From positions 19,431 through 83,430 of the IMG/VR virus record IMGVR_UViG_3300031857_000091: 64,000 nucleotides of DNA; one strand, written 5' to 3'. Below are positions 17,601 through 27,678 of this stretch, in pieces (positions within the stretch are counted from its first letter, which is position 1; each line of letters starts with the position of its first letter). The position numbers and the translations under genes are program-made. Source of the DNA: a virus. Below the pieces are notes generated by a model. That model was not told the DNA's origin and searched no databases. It saw nothing but the letters and a program-made list of their open reading frames with translations.

Positions 17601-19249
17601 TTGCTTTAGAGTTATTTTTTAGACCTGAAGAACTTAGCTCAGGGAAGACTTATGCTTTAGCATCAAGAAATAATGATGTTGAAGTAGAATTTGATTTATT
17701 GATAACTGAGACATCTCCCAATATTTTTAATGTCAAATTTTTTGGATATTCAAGTGGGGGTACAATTCAAGTTGAATTAACAAGTACTGTTTCTGGTGGT
17801 CTTTTAATTAATACTTGGTATCATCTTGCTGTCACACGCAATGGAAATGATTGGAGACTATTTATTAATGGGACGATACAAGAATTAATTACGTCCTCAG
17901 CAAATCTTTTTTCTGCTTTTGCTAATCCATCTCAAATATTTCTCACGTTAGGTAGAATTAATGACCTTCCTGTTAATGACTCCACTCAATATAAAGGACT
18001 TATAGAAGATTTTCGGTTAACACTAGGGAATGCTAGATACTTTGCAAACTTTACCCCACCAACATCTCCATTACCCGCAACAAGTGGAACAACCAGAAAT
18101 GTCAAAGACTATTTTATTAGCTTTTCTGGGCTAACTGATGTTGATAACACGGTAACTCCTCAACAAGATTGGGTCCCTGCATGGTCTACTAATCAAAATA
18201 AATATATTCCTAAACCCATTGGAGCTGGGGGGAGTGTTGTGTCGTTATCTTTGAATCAGATAACAGACGTCAATGTATCTAATTCAACGACAAATCATGT
18301 TTTAGCTAAAGATGCTGATGGTGTTTGGAGGGGTAGAGCTATTGGGTCTGGGGTCACTTCCGTCAATGGGCTATCAGGCGTTGTGACTTTGAATAGTGAC
18401 CAAATCATTCAAGGGACAACTAACTTATTTTTGACTCCAGGTGCGTTCGCTACTCAATTAGCAGCTGCAAATCTTGAACAATTAGCCAACGTACAAGACA
18501 GTGTTGCAAATAATTTATACTTGCAAAAAGTTAACGGAGTCTGGCAAGGATCAAGTATTTCGTTTCCAGTTACCGGAGTAAATAATAAAACGGGCAATGT
18601 TACTTTATCTACTACTGATATTGGCGAGGGAACTCGCCTTTATTACAGTAATGAGCGGGTAGCTACACACGTCAATACTCTTACTATTTCCAATTTTGGA
18701 GGAGTATTTACTGGGACTCCCACCACAGGTAAAATAGTATCTGTTTCTGCTGGAAAACTAACCTTTATTGATGCACCTTCAGGATCTTTAGTTAATACAG
18801 ATGGTTTAGCAGAAGGAGCTACTCGCTTTTATTACACTAATGAGCGGGTAGCTACGCACGTCAATACTCTTACTATCTCCAACTTTAGTGGGGTATTCAC
18901 AGGGACTCCCACTACTGGGGCTATTCCGTCTGTAGATGCTAATGGTAAATTAGCTTTTGGTAATCCTGTCCCATTGCAAGAATTTAAAGCAGTTACGGGT
19001 AGTTACTCCGTACTTGCTGATGATCATGGAAAAATGGTAAGAATCACCAATGCAAGTACCGTAACATTACCCACGGGATTATCTACAGGATTTCAAGTTA
19101 CGTTTTTCAATGAAACTAACAGTACTATTACTTTTTCCAGTCCCGGAACAATTAAGGCTAAAGCTTTGACGTGCTCCAATCAATACGGGGCTGTCTACGC
19201 AACACATCAAGGTAGCAATGTATGGATTTTACTAGGGGACTTGGGCTAA
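14663..19249 (+). CDS. Large tail fibre / receptor-binding protein with LamG domain
   Basis: 1528 aa; LamG (WYHLAVTRNG..LFING..YKGLIEDFRLT), VTSVNGLSGVVTL fibre repeats, C-terminal NVWILLGDL domain. Confidence 0.8.
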   Translation: MLSQYGSFRQQLAAADWNLSVMSGGDLTSNDTIEFFVQAHNRVGLNKLSTGKSITTGTGSKIRLTINSLAIASGEDTFKFVISARRGLDTPKQIAEIYIRESNQYTFKQLPISLDFTKPAHVSTNLTQALSTGNDRINGQIRIVEGVSYRYDSLATTGAFQSSPGYWVIDSRAGIVNIINTKGQYGADQRTSTANLVIPAKLNTEGDIKTEPIVFWWSNNLDSNLGNFSPAGMGLNLKIYLNGALTNSQNIPYANLFSNLITIRFLGYVNLATGVINASLPDVNVEKQWTPTASGITLPANLDPGYAAAYAISVEFSGDLLDTMIATAGTVGIELTREPTPGVYEPSTGVLGDSVLEGLYVLPEQMLPGVATLANYRVTYRTPSFFIGLEPDAANQKVVITNSPTGLARVRQGDLANGQYLRAIVGTLPGTQTISSFSSIQGISTNNSIELTINYPVNSTNGLATVRGDYPDVVAGNNQATFNVPEIIIYLHDTANNIYYKLPSIPVIAGASQQITISNLNNATQINSNNLPSSSSSFGLFGYLSPTIAVSGVLGNFPFTLFRLAIAYHYPEDNLAITSVSHAASQGCLPQVRSALVDSLENNLYWLTPAATVAIARQISADKLIDGAVLLVIGTETLYRYDSYSSATDDGELVLKPNALTGAGRFIALASGVGSGGLDDLGWSTSAKGELISWTGSAITIVPRGQNGYYLKSDNSSPSGLSWAEVTVSPGVLFPFEEIANQVAYNTPTGGIDVRPMWNEDTMDLSPSRYCLAYSNGGTSLDSYFELIPTPSGTTKKVLMFDPATTTYSWVNFTIAGLLDSYGTSTVVPHNSQLFYDASISKWSPRTEKTEIRLPNLADTFIDSPANNYPLIWDNTMRKFIVGMPELSEIQGLKYTSSTIPIPGDSLWNNTKVLVSARNLGQNLRSTQDSIAVINATISSLSPYITGISSYQFTTASLNTNRQFIQIATTLNTIIGGNVFALELFFRPEELSSGKTYALASRNNDVEVEFDLLITETSPNIFNVKFFGYSSGGTIQVELTSTVSGGLLINTWYHLAVTRNGNDWRLFINGTIQELITSSANLFSAFANPSQIFLTLGRINDLPVNDSTQYKGLIEDFRLTLGNARYFANFTPPTSPLPATSGTTRNVKDYFISFSGLTDVDNTVTPQQDWVPAWSTNQNKYIPKPIGAGGSVVSLSLNQITDVNVSNSTTNHVLAKDADGVWRGRAIGSGVTSVNGLSGVVTLNSDQIIQGTTNLFLTPGAFATQLAAANLEQLANVQDSVANNLYLQKVNGVWQGSSISFPVTGVNNKTGNVTLSTTDIGEGTRLYYSNERVATHVNTLTISNFGGVFTGTPTTGKIVSVSAGKLTFIDAPSGSLVNTDGLAEGATRFYYTNERVATHVNTLTISNFSGVFTGTPTTGAIPSVDANGKLAFGNPVPLQEFKAVTGSYSVLADDHGKMVRITNASTVTLPTGLSTGFQVTFFNETNSTITFSSPGTIKAKALTCSNQYGAVYATHQGSNVWILLGDLG
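18626..18918 (+). repeat. Internal ~105-bp duplication in tail fibre gene
   Basis: TR(L/F)YY(S/T)NERVATHVNTLTISNF(G/S)GVFTGTPTTG is encoded twice. Confidence 0.85.
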
Positions 19250-20434
19250 ATGAGCAAAGAAATTGGCATAGGCAAGGCAGCCAAACTAGCCAGAGTAGGG
19301 GAGATGGTTAGTGTTTCGATAGATGGGAAAACTATTACAGCAAAAGTCGCGACAAACTTATCTAGCACCAAAGTACTTGTTTTATTTGATGGTCGTACCT
19401 ATCATGCTTACCCAGAAAGTCAAAGAACTATTCTTAAAAGTCAAAAAACAGTATTAGCTAAGCATGAAAGAAGAAAGCAATCATCAAAAGTCACTATAAG
19501 TACTGCTATATTGTTCGAGGTTGCGAATTATAATCTTTCTCGCCCTCCTAGAGAAAATGATTCTTGCAGTTATTACGTTTCTGTAGACGGAAAAACTCCG
19601 AGACACATTCTTACAACTTCTGTCGTGATTACCGCTCCAATCCCAGGTGCTGGAGGTGGAAATGGTCTATATAGAATAAATCCAATTTTTACAGCTACTT
19701 TAACTTATTTTGGAAATGGTCGTTATAGGGGATCTATAAAATATGGAATACGCCCAACGCAACGAGAAATAAATGGTAAGTTTTATATCATAAATTTTGC
19801 TGCAAACATGGTGGTTTTTACTGAATCATCCACGATAACTTATGGGCTTGGTGCAAGCATTCCGCCTGCACCAGAAGACTGGCAAGATATGCACCTTAGA
19901 GATAGGTTTGTTGGAAGTTATAGTAACGAACGGTTTCTTTATGATAGTACAAGGGGCACAGTTGCTCAATCGGGAGACCGGAATTATCTAAGGAATCTAT
20001 ATATTGGAAACGTAGGGGATATTGATACTGTTCATCCTTGTTTTTGGTCTGACTTTGGTGGAAATCAGAGTCCGATTGGTTCATTCGGCACGTTGTTTGA
20101 CAAATTTTTACCACAAACAACAGGAACTGCCGGAAGCGCTCATTATAACATTGATGTAAAAAATCAAATTATATTTTCTGTAATTGCAAATATAAGTTAT
20201 ATTGACTATACAACAACAGGCGCTTCGTTAGGAATTCAAGCTTGGAACTATAGCAAAATTTTATCGGAAGTATATGACAGAGACGTTTGTACCATGTCTA
20301 GTCGTTATATTAAAGATAGCTTTTTTGCTGATTATATTTTCCCGAAAATAGAAATATCGTCTGGGTCAATAATTGGGCACGCCATTGCAGGTTTTGTTAC
20401 TTGGTCAAATTATAAAGTTACTAAGATAGTATGA
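19250..20434 (+). CDS. Hypothetical virion/tail-associated protein
   Basis: 394 aa; abuts the fibre gene. Confidence 0.55.
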   Translation: MSKEIGIGKAAKLARVGEMVSVSIDGKTITAKVATNLSSTKVLVLFDGRTYHAYPESQRTILKSQKTVLAKHERRKQSSKVTISTAILFEVANYNLSRPPRENDSCSYYVSVDGKTPRHILTTSVVITAPIPGAGGGNGLYRINPIFTATLTYFGNGRYRGSIKYGIRPTQREINGKFYIINFAANMVVFTESSTITYGLGASIPPAPEDWQDMHLRDRFVGSYSNERFLYDSTRGTVAQSGDRNYLRNLYIGNVGDIDTVHPCFWSDFGGNQSPIGSFGTLFDKFLPQTTGTAGSAHYNIDVKNQIIFSVIANISYIDYTTTGASLGIQAWNYSKILSEVYDRDVCTMSSRYIKDSFFADYIFPKIEISSGSIIGHAIAGFVTWSNYKVTKIV

Positions 20435-21060
20435 ATACTTATAAATGGGATGGTCAGGTACAGCGCTATCGAAATAAGGAGACGGGACGGTTTGTCAAAA
20501 CAGAAACAATCTTAAAATTAACTGAACAAAATATGCAACAAAAAACAGAGAGGATGTTGCAATCTTTTGAAGATGTTAAATCTGGGAGAATAAGCTTAAG
20601 TGAATATCAAAGAGAAAACCTAGAAATAATTAAGTATCTCCATACTCAGCAATATCTAGTGGCTAAAGGGGGATTTAGAACTACTACCCCGGAAGATTAT
20701 CTAGAAATAGCCAGGGAGTTAAAGAATCTGCACTACCCATCTTTTAGGAGGTTTACGGAAGACCTAAGAAACGGGGCATTAACAGAAGGTCAAGCAAGGG
20801 CGCGTATTCGCAGCTTTGGCAAAGCGTCTGAAACCCTAGCAGATTTAGGGCATCGCTCCAGCGCTAAACAAAACGGACTTACTTGGGCAAGAAGGTATTT
20901 AAGCGCCGTTGAGCATTGCTCTGATTGCCCTATTTATGCAGCTATGGGAGCAGTCACTATAGATAACCTGATTCTTCCGGGAAGACAGTGTGAATGTAGG
21001 TTCAACTGCAAGTGTTACGTGAGATATTTTAAAACCAGAGAAGAAGCTTTGAGGAGCTGA
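20431..21060 (+). CDS. Head morphogenesis (Mu gpF/SPP1 gp7-like) protein
   Basis: EHCSDC..CECRFNCKC cysteine motif; N-terminal RYRNKETGRFV. Confidence 0.7.
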   Translation: MNTYKWDGQVQRYRNKETGRFVKTETILKLTEQNMQQKTERMLQSFEDVKSGRISLSEYQRENLEIIKYLHTQQYLVAKGGFRTTTPEDYLEIARELKNLHYPSFRRFTEDLRNGALTEGQARARIRSFGKASETLADLGHRSSAKQNGLTWARRYLSAVEHCSDCPIYAAMGAVTIDNLILPGRQCECRFNCKCYVRYFKTREEALRS

Positions 21061-21063
21061 TGG

Positions 21064-21783
21064 TTAGCTAAACCCAGCAGCCTTATTAGCTGTAAAATTC
21101 GTAGTATAATAACAAACACTAGCTAAATGAAAATGGGCTAATTTAAAAGAACTTCTCGCAGCCTCTACGGTTGTTCCATAAGCTTTAACACCTAAATATA
21201 ATTCAGAAAAACTGGTGTTATCTCTTGTATAAGCTCCACTAAAAAATTGAGTTCCATTTCTAAACATTTTAATGGTATTGTCGTTTTGGCGACAAATTGC
21301 TAGGTGTACCCATGAATTTTGAGTTACATTGCTAATCGTTCTAGTACTGCCATTATGTTCCCAAAAAGATAAATCAGCAGCAAAACCATTTAACATGGGC
21401 TGAAATGTATATAAAGATCCATTTGGAGATGGTGGTAAAAAAGTTAAAACGCTCATTCTAACGTCTGTTCCTAGTCTTTTTATCCACATTTCCATAGTCC
21501 AAGGCGCATTCCCTAAACTAACATTAGAAATTCTTGCTGACCATTTTTGATAGGAAGACGTGCTAGATGGAAAAACCATACTGGCATTTGATCCATAGAT
21601 AGAATCTCCTGTATCAAAAGTAATTGTGTTCTCAGCGTGACTTGCTCCTGTTATTGATTTTGGAGTTCGACTTCTATCAATTAAGTCGTCCCCTCTAAGA
21701 TATAAAATTGTACTAGTTGGAGTAATAGGCGCAATAGGCGGAATAATTCTTGATTGAGATATAATTCCTGGACGATTAAACAT
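21064..21783 (-). CDS. LamG/concanavalin-like domain protein (tail accessory)
   Basis: WTMEMWIK..WVHLAICR..MFRNG..YTTNFT. Confidence 0.75.
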   Translation of the reverse strand: MFNRPGIISQSRIIPPIAPITPTSTILYLRGDDLIDRSRTPKSITGASHAENTITFDTGDSIYGSNASMVFPSSTSSYQKWSARISNVSLGNAPWTMEMWIKRLGTDVRMSVLTFLPPSPNGSLYTFQPMLNGFAADLSFWEHNGSTRTISNVTQNSWVHLAICRQNDNTIKMFRNGTQFFSGAYTRDNTSFSELYLGVKAYGTTVEAARSSFKLAHFHLASVCYYTTNFTANKAAGFS

Positions 21784-21835
21784 TTTAGTACTATCAGAAG
21801 ATTAATATTCTGATAGTAGCTTTTAAAGTTTAAGT

Positions 21836-23224
21836 TTAGTTGAAGATAAAGTTATTGAGATTATTGATTGTCCCTGCATTAGTATTTACCAAGGTGGCTA
21901 ATACCTGAGGTTGCCCAGCTCCTATTCCATCTCTATCAATACTGATGACAGTATTTGTGACATCAGACACCCCTATTCTAATTATTTGGTCTGCAAGAGG
22001 GTTACCGCCTTTATATCCTATTCCCTGTAATAGTTTCGAGACATTCATTTTATCTTTACCCGGAGTAAAGTTTAGTATTTCGTCATGCCCTTCAGAAATA
22101 CTATTATAAGTAAAAATGTTTTGCCCTGTTCCACCTACAAGTAAGTCATTGCCGATTCCCCCGCCATTTGCAAAAGTATTAGAAACAGTAGATCTTCCTG
22201 TTAAAACATCAAATTGAGGTCTATCAAGAAAAGATTGAGCGCTTTGTAATGGAGTTGGAGAAGACAGATAGGATGGATTTGTTAAAAGTCCAGAGCCTAA
22301 AGTGTTGGGAATTGCTCCCACTGCAATATTGTAAATTCTATCAGCAGCATTATATACATTAATTTGGTCATATCCCCCCATCGTTTGTGCTAATCGAGTA
22401 TCTGTTCGAGTTATTAAATTTTTCATTTCTAAAGGAGTCAGTTCTCTGTTTAAATATCTTTTAGCGACTCCTTGTAGTAATGCTATTGACCCTGATACAA
22501 AAGGAGCAGCAAAACTAGTACCTGCACCTCTCGTGACTGAATTAGCTCCATCGAAAATAGAAATATTAGACCCAGGGGCGGCAGTTAAATCTATGCGACG
22601 TTGGCTAGAATCTCTAAGGGAAAGGGAATCTGATACCCCGTCTCCATTTGTACTCATGACCCCGATAACATTATTCAATCCGCCTATTGCGCTTGCCCCT
22701 TGAGAACGATTATAATTTTGATAAAAATTTCCGGCAGATGCAACAACAGTAATTCCTTTTTGTTCAGCATTTCCTATTGAACTATAAATCGGATTGATTG
22801 TTGAAGTAGGCATATTATTTAAAGTGTTGGAGCTATCACCTAAAGAAATATTTACTGTGCTTATTTTGTATCTTTCTTTATTTTGAGCTACCCAGTCTAT
22901 GGCTGATGCTATAGCAGAAGTGGTTAATACTTGTACAGGAATAATTTTTATTCCTGGCGCAACATTGAACGCTACACTAGCTACTCTTGTTCCGTGAAGA
23001 TTTCCATCACTGACAGAGTTGTTAGCCATAGTAAAATCTAGGTCTTTTCTGACAAAAACATCTTTAACCCCGTCATTATTGCTGTCTGCTCCAAATCCTG
23101 AATGGTTAAGGTTAAATCCTACGTCAATTACAGCTATAGTTTGTTCTTGCCCTTTGATGTTTAAGAACCGAGAATCGGCATAAAATTGTTTTAATCCATT
23201 ACTGGTATAATTAATAGTATTCAT
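21836..23224 (-). CDS. S8 subtilisin-like serine protease with type I secretion C-terminal domain
   Basis: Triad IAVIDVG / HGTRVAS / GTSFAAPFVSG; GNDLLVGGTG RTX-like repeat; IDRDGIG T1SS-target tail. Confidence 0.88.
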   Translation of the reverse strand: MNTINYTSNGLKQFYADSRFLNIKGQEQTIAVIDVGFNLNHSGFGADSNNDGVKDVFVRKDLDFTMANNSVSDGNLHGTRVASVAFNVAPGIKIIPVQVLTTSAIASAIDWVAQNKERYKISTVNISLGDSSNTLNNMPTSTINPIYSSIGNAEQKGITVVASAGNFYQNYNRSQGASAIGGLNNVIGVMSTNGDGVSDSLSLRDSSQRRIDLTAAPGSNISIFDGANSVTRGAGTSFAAPFVSGSIALLQGVAKRYLNRELTPLEMKNLITRTDTRLAQTMGGYDQINVYNAADRIYNIAVGAIPNTLGSGLLTNPSYLSSPTPLQSAQSFLDRPQFDVLTGRSTVSNTFANGGGIGNDLLVGGTGQNIFTYNSISEGHDEILNFTPGKDKMNVSKLLQGIGYKGGNPLADQIIRIGVSDVTNTVISIDRDGIGAGQPQVLATLVNTNAGTINNLNNFIFN

Positions 23225-23417
23225 TTTATATAGCTCATGAAAGCTCTTTTCTTTAGTTTAATCAAGCTATATCTCTTGTTATTTAAGTGGTATAGGGGGT
23301 TTATTCATCAGTAAAATTACTTAGAAAAGAGTTTAAGGGATTTTATTGAATATTCTTATTGTTTTTGAGTAATGTTTAATTGTTAAAAAAATATTAAGAT
23401 TTTTCTTGTCAAAGTAC

Positions 23418-23459
23418 TTGACACTTTTAAAAAGATAAGCTACTGTAGAGAAGTAAACC
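23418..23459 (+). promoter_or_regulatory. Sigma70-type promoter with operator (P2)
   Basis: TTGACA-17-TACTGT, followed by the shared AGAGAAGTAAAC. Confidence 0.8.
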
Positions 23460-23474
23460 AAACAGGTAATCTTC

Positions 23475-23864
23475 ATGGAAAACTTAACAGACCGTTTAGT
23501 CACAGCTACATCTCGCCATATTTTAAGTTTGCTAGAACCTATGTCTCCTCTATGGATGGTAGGGCTAGAAATCGTCAAAGACGGAGAAAGTTTACCGGAA
23601 TGTAATTTTGACGAAAACGACCTAATCACAATATTGATTGACCACTTAGAAGACTTTTTATGGAATCAGTGGAGTGGAGCACAACCATTTAATCCCTCTA
23701 CGTTTACCGCTTTATGCGTTTTACTGGATGATGTGGAATGGGAAGTGATTCTGTATGAGTTAATTCCTCAGTGGCACTATTATCTTGAGTGCAAAAAAGA
23801 AGAAATAGCTCAACAAAGATTGCTTCAATTATTTGCAGATGGTGCAGCTGCTTGTGAGTTTTAA
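23475..23864 (+). CDS. Hypothetical (early) protein
   Basis: 129 aa after P2; followed by a terminator hairpin at about 23897-23932. Confidence 0.65.
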   Translation: MENLTDRLVTATSRHILSLLEPMSPLWMVGLEIVKDGESLPECNFDENDLITILIDHLEDFLWNQWSGAQPFNPSTFTALCVLLDDVEWEVILYELIPQWHYYLECKKEEIAQQRLLQLFADGAAACEF

Positions 23865-24031
23865 ATCATTTAAATCGCTGAAAATTTAATCAAATACAAA
23901 ACCCCTTAAAACTATTGCTTTAAGGGGTTTTAAATTCTATGAGCCTCAATAACCATTTTTAGTTTAGCGCGATCGCTCTATTTATTTTGTTAGGATAAAA
24001 ATCAGTTTATTGGCAGTCAGTAAATAATTAG

Positions 24032-25066
24032 ATGCTAATCAATAACGCAATCTTCAACCCCAATGGAAACGATAGTACAGAGCATCGGTCAATCTGGTTT
24101 GGAGACACTACCAACTTGATGCAATTAAACGATGTGAAGTATTTATGGGCAGTAGGGCTATATAACCAGTTGAGAGAAAACTTTTGGATACCTCAAAAGC
24201 TTGATGTTACTCAAGACGTTACCGATTATAAGCTGCTCACAACAGAAGAGCGCCGGGCATTTGATGGCATCCTCTCTTATTTAACCTTTCTTGATTCAAT
24301 TCAAACCTGCAATTTGCCACACCTAAAGAATGCGGTAACAGCTCCAGAGGTTAGTATGTGTTTAGTTGAGCAGCTATCCCAAGAAGCTATGCACAATGCC
24401 AGCTATCAGTATATGATTGAGACAATTATTCCCTCAGATAGACGGAATAGCGTGTATGACTTTTGGAGAGAGGATAAAATACTCGCTAATCGTTGTAATT
24501 ATATTGCGGGACAATACCAAGCTTATCTAGAAAACCCTAGTGGAGAAACTTACTTTATCTCGTTATTGGCAGACTATATCCTAGAATCTTTGCTATTTTA
24601 TAACGGCTTTACGTATTTTTATACTTTGTCCTCTCGGATGTTAATGGCAGGGAGCTCAGATATATTCAAGATGATTAATCGAGACGAATTAAGTCACGTG
24701 AGGTTATTTCAGAAGATGTTGCCAGAAGCTATGGAAACGTTTACCCATTCTAAAGAACAAGTCTATGAGATGTTTGACACCGCGGTACAAAATGAGATTC
24801 TATGGACTAATCATATTATTGGGACAGATATCTTGGGAATCACAGAAGAAAGTACCGAACAATATACCAAATATCTGGCAAATATTAGATTGAAAGCAAT
24901 AGGGCTAAACTACTTGTATGATGAAGAAAAATTCAGAAAATCTCCCTATACTCACTTAGAAAGATTTGCAGATACAAAAGCCGAAGGGAATACTAAAGCT
25001 AATTTCTTTGAGGCTGGAGTCACTAGCTATAGTATGTCTTCTGGTATTTCCGGTTGGGAGTTTTAA
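24032..25066 (+). CDS. nrdB: Ribonucleotide reductase class I beta subunit
   Basis: NFWIPQ, FLDSIQ, EAMHNASY, LES, INRDELSH and NFFE motifs. Confidence 0.95.
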   Translation: MLINNAIFNPNGNDSTEHRSIWFGDTTNLMQLNDVKYLWAVGLYNQLRENFWIPQKLDVTQDVTDYKLLTTEERRAFDGILSYLTFLDSIQTCNLPHLKNAVTAPEVSMCLVEQLSQEAMHNASYQYMIETIIPSDRRNSVYDFWREDKILANRCNYIAGQYQAYLENPSGETYFISLLADYILESLLFYNGFTYFYTLSSRMLMAGSSDIFKMINRDELSHVRLFQKMLPEAMETFTHSKEQVYEMFDTAVQNEILWTNHIIGTDILGITEESTEQYTKYLANIRLKAIGLNYLYDEEKFRKSPYTHLERFADTKAEGNTKANFFEAGVTSYSMSSGISGWEF

Positions 25067-25109
25067 ACATAACAGCGATGGGGATTTTGAATAGTTAATT
25101 TGAAGCCGA

Positions 25110-25412
25110 TAGTATTTTTCCGCATAGGAGTTTTAAATTTTTTGGGTTTAAATCAACTATTTCCTTTAAGAGTTTTAAACGGTTGAACTAGTACCATTTT
25201 TTCTAGAGTTTCAAAAACTAGCTTAGGTTTTTCTTTAAGAGTTTTAAATATTTTACCTAGAGTGCTAAAATTTAATTCCTGACAAGAGTTTTTTAGAATT
25301 TTCTAGGATGTCTTTGTAAGGGTTTAAAACATCCTGCCGCCAAAATCTTGCTAAGGGTTTTTGCGGCTTTTAAGGATTCTAAAGGTTTTTACTTTTCCTT
25401 TTAGGGTTTTTC
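25110..25412 (-). repeat. Array of ~9 degenerate repeats (AAAACYCTTA-like on - strand) upstream of portal gene
   Basis: AAGRGTTTT cores mostly 33-47 bp apart. Confidence 0.7.
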
Positions 25413-25458
25413 ATTCTGTCGCATTTACCTATAAAATTGTTTAATCAGGACTAACACA

Positions 25459-26700
25459 ATGTCAGAAAATAGTAAGAAATATAGAATAAATAAAGACAGT
25501 CTAAGTCGGTTATTGTCTGAGTCTGGTGGGCTAGGGAATGGGCAGTATGACCCTCTAGAATCAATTATTATTAATAAACCAAGAAAGTATACCGCAACAG
25601 AGTTAACTGATGCCTATAGAAGTATTTGGGCTTGTCGAAAGGTTTGTGACTTCTTGCCACGGATGATGGCGCGCGGATGGGGTAAGATAAACCTAAACCT
25701 CCCAACAAATATTGAACTAGAAAACAAGTTGAATAAGGATTTATCTTTACTTCGCCACAAATATAGAGAAGGGCAACGATTAGCTAATTTATATGGCGGT
25801 GCAGTAATTATCCGTATAGTGGAAGATGGGCGGGAATACTCTGCACCAATAAATAAGGAAATAACAAACCTGCGCTACTCTCGCGTTTTTACCCCGTGGG
25901 AAATATACCCTAGATTGGATGAAAGTGAAGATATTTACTCTCCTGAATATTATGAAATGAGTGCTTCTATCGAGGGGCAAAAAACGGTATTTAAAATTCA
26001 CAGCGATCGCATTATTCGCTTCAGTGGAGCGACTACAGATTACGAGTCAATGAGACTTAATCGTGGCTACGAAGATTCTCTCTTAGTTCCATTCCTAGAC
26101 CCTTGCCTAAGATATTTAACCGCAGTTAGTTATGTTGGCGCTTCGGTTAGTAGTTTTGAGTTTGTTATTCATAAGCTACAAAATCTGTTCACCGAGTTGG
26201 AAAATGAAGAATCTCAGTTACATCTAGCAGAACGGTTAAGGGTTGCACATAACTCTCTTAGTGCGTTAAGGGGAATGGTTGTAGATAAAGAAGAAGAAGA
26301 CGTGGCTGTGGTAAGCAGAAACTATGCGGGAGTCACGGAAATTATCGCTACACTGCGAGATGAAATGATAGCTGCTTCAGGGTTGACTAAACCTCAATTC
26401 ATTCAAGAGCATCCCTCTGGATTAGCTGCTACAGGACAAAGCGAGAGGCTAGCTGAGGCAGATAATATTAGAGCTTTGCAAGAAGAAAAATGGGGACAAT
26501 TGATAGAGGAAGATTGCCGATTGGTGTTGAAGAAGCATAAATACTCTTACAACAATTGGAAATGGGAATGGGCTAATCTCTTTCAATTGAGCCCGTTAGA
26601 AGAAGCAGAATTACATCAAATGGAGGCTAATTCAGATGCTATCAGGATTAGCTCAGGAGTTTTGACCCCAGAAGAAATAAAGAAACGGAGAGACCTTTGA
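25459..26700 (+). CDS. Portal protein (DUF1073-type)
   Basis: YRSIWACRKVCD, LYGGAVI, IHSDRIIRF and PSGLAATGQSE motifs. Confidence 0.88.
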   Translation: MSENSKKYRINKDSLSRLLSESGGLGNGQYDPLESIIINKPRKYTATELTDAYRSIWACRKVCDFLPRMMARGWGKINLNLPTNIELENKLNKDLSLLRHKYREGQRLANLYGGAVIIRIVEDGREYSAPINKEITNLRYSRVFTPWEIYPRLDESEDIYSPEYYEMSASIEGQKTVFKIHSDRIIRFSGATTDYESMRLNRGYEDSLLVPFLDPCLRYLTAVSYVGASVSSFEFVIHKLQNLFTELENEESQLHLAERLRVAHNSLSALRGMVVDKEEEDVAVVSRNYAGVTEIIATLRDEMIAASGLTKPQFIQEHPSGLAATGQSERLAEADNIRALQEEKWGQLIEEDCRLVLKKHKYSYNNWKWEWANLFQLSPLEEAELHQMEANSDAIRISSGVLTPEEIKKRRDL

Positions 26701-26739
26701 TTTATGTGACAATAAAAGAAACGCGCTTTTCTGCCTGCA

Positions 26740-27213
26740 ATGAAGCCCATAAATATCAAAACTTTAAATACTTTATTTAGCTTGTTGACCGAAGAAGAGT
26801 TGAGTACTGACTTTGGGAAGTTTAAGCTTAAACACAAATTGATTTTAATTAAGCAATTATCTAATGGAGATGAAACTATTGCAACAGGCGTTGATTATTT
26901 GTTAAATAACGTTCTGGCAGAAACTTTTATTGCTGATGTTGATAATCAAATACTTTTAAGCATCCATTATTCTCCCATAGAGATTCAAGATATCAATTTA
27001 ATCTTAGGACTCCCGGAAACTAATTTAGTGCTATCTGAGAACTTGTTAAATAGTGTCTACAATAAGAACCATGATGTCCCCAAGGTTCAGGAATTATATT
27101 ATCAGTTAAAAGCTAAACACTTCAAACCACCTAAATATTATCTTGACAATAAATATCAAGGGCTAACCAATGTGGCAGATAGGTTGCAATATGAACAGGA
27201 GATGAGCAAATGA
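26740..27213 (+). CDS. Hypothetical protein
   Basis: 157-aa ORF. Confidence 0.6.
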   Translation: MKPINIKTLNTLFSLLTEEELSTDFGKFKLKHKLILIKQLSNGDETIATGVDYLLNNVLAETFIADVDNQILLSIHYSPIEIQDINLILGLPETNLVLSENLLNSVYNKNHDVPKVQELYYQLKAKHFKPPKYYLDNKYQGLTNVADRLQYEQEMSK

Positions 27214-27677
27214 ATTACGATAATTTGCCAGAGATTAATCGAGAATACCGTATACAAGAGCTTGTTTCACCGCCTTTGTGGTTTGAAGGATACTCAATTT
27301 ATCGAACTGCGTGGTGTAAAAAATGGGTGGCGCTAGTCATTCTAGACCCTGGGTTTGCGCAAAAAGATTTATCGATTGACGAGCTATATCAGTCAATTCT
27401 TTATGAATGGGAGTTACATCATTATCCCAATGACATCCGAGGTATTCCCGTCCCAAACCCTCCTCGGCTTTATCAACTAGAGGATGCAGTCAAATATTTT
27501 TATTACAAGCAAGTAGTAATTGAGTCTGTTAAACCTAGTACAAAATATATTTCTTCAGCTTATCCTCTTAAGTTACCTTCTCGAACACAAAGCACCCCAC
27601 CAAAACAAGCTAATAGGGTGCTTTCTACTATTTCCTCTATACTGAGGAGTTTGACCGGGAATGAGTCTAGGTATTGA
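27210..27677 (+). CDS. Hypothetical protein
   Basis: ATGA overlap; 155 aa. Confidence 0.6.
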   Translation: MNYDNLPEINREYRIQELVSPPLWFEGYSIYRTAWCKKWVALVILDPGFAQKDLSIDELYQSILYEWELHHYPNDIRGIPVPNPPRLYQLEDAVKYFYYKQVVIESVKPSTKYISSAYPLKLPSRTQSTPPKQANRVLSTISSILRSLTGNESRY

Positions 27678-27678
27678 A

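Noticed and set aside
25459-26700. Portal annotated as anti-CBASS Acb1 family
   Set aside because: Size and motifs fit a DUF1073-type portal, and no 2H-phosphodiesterase HxT motifs were seen.
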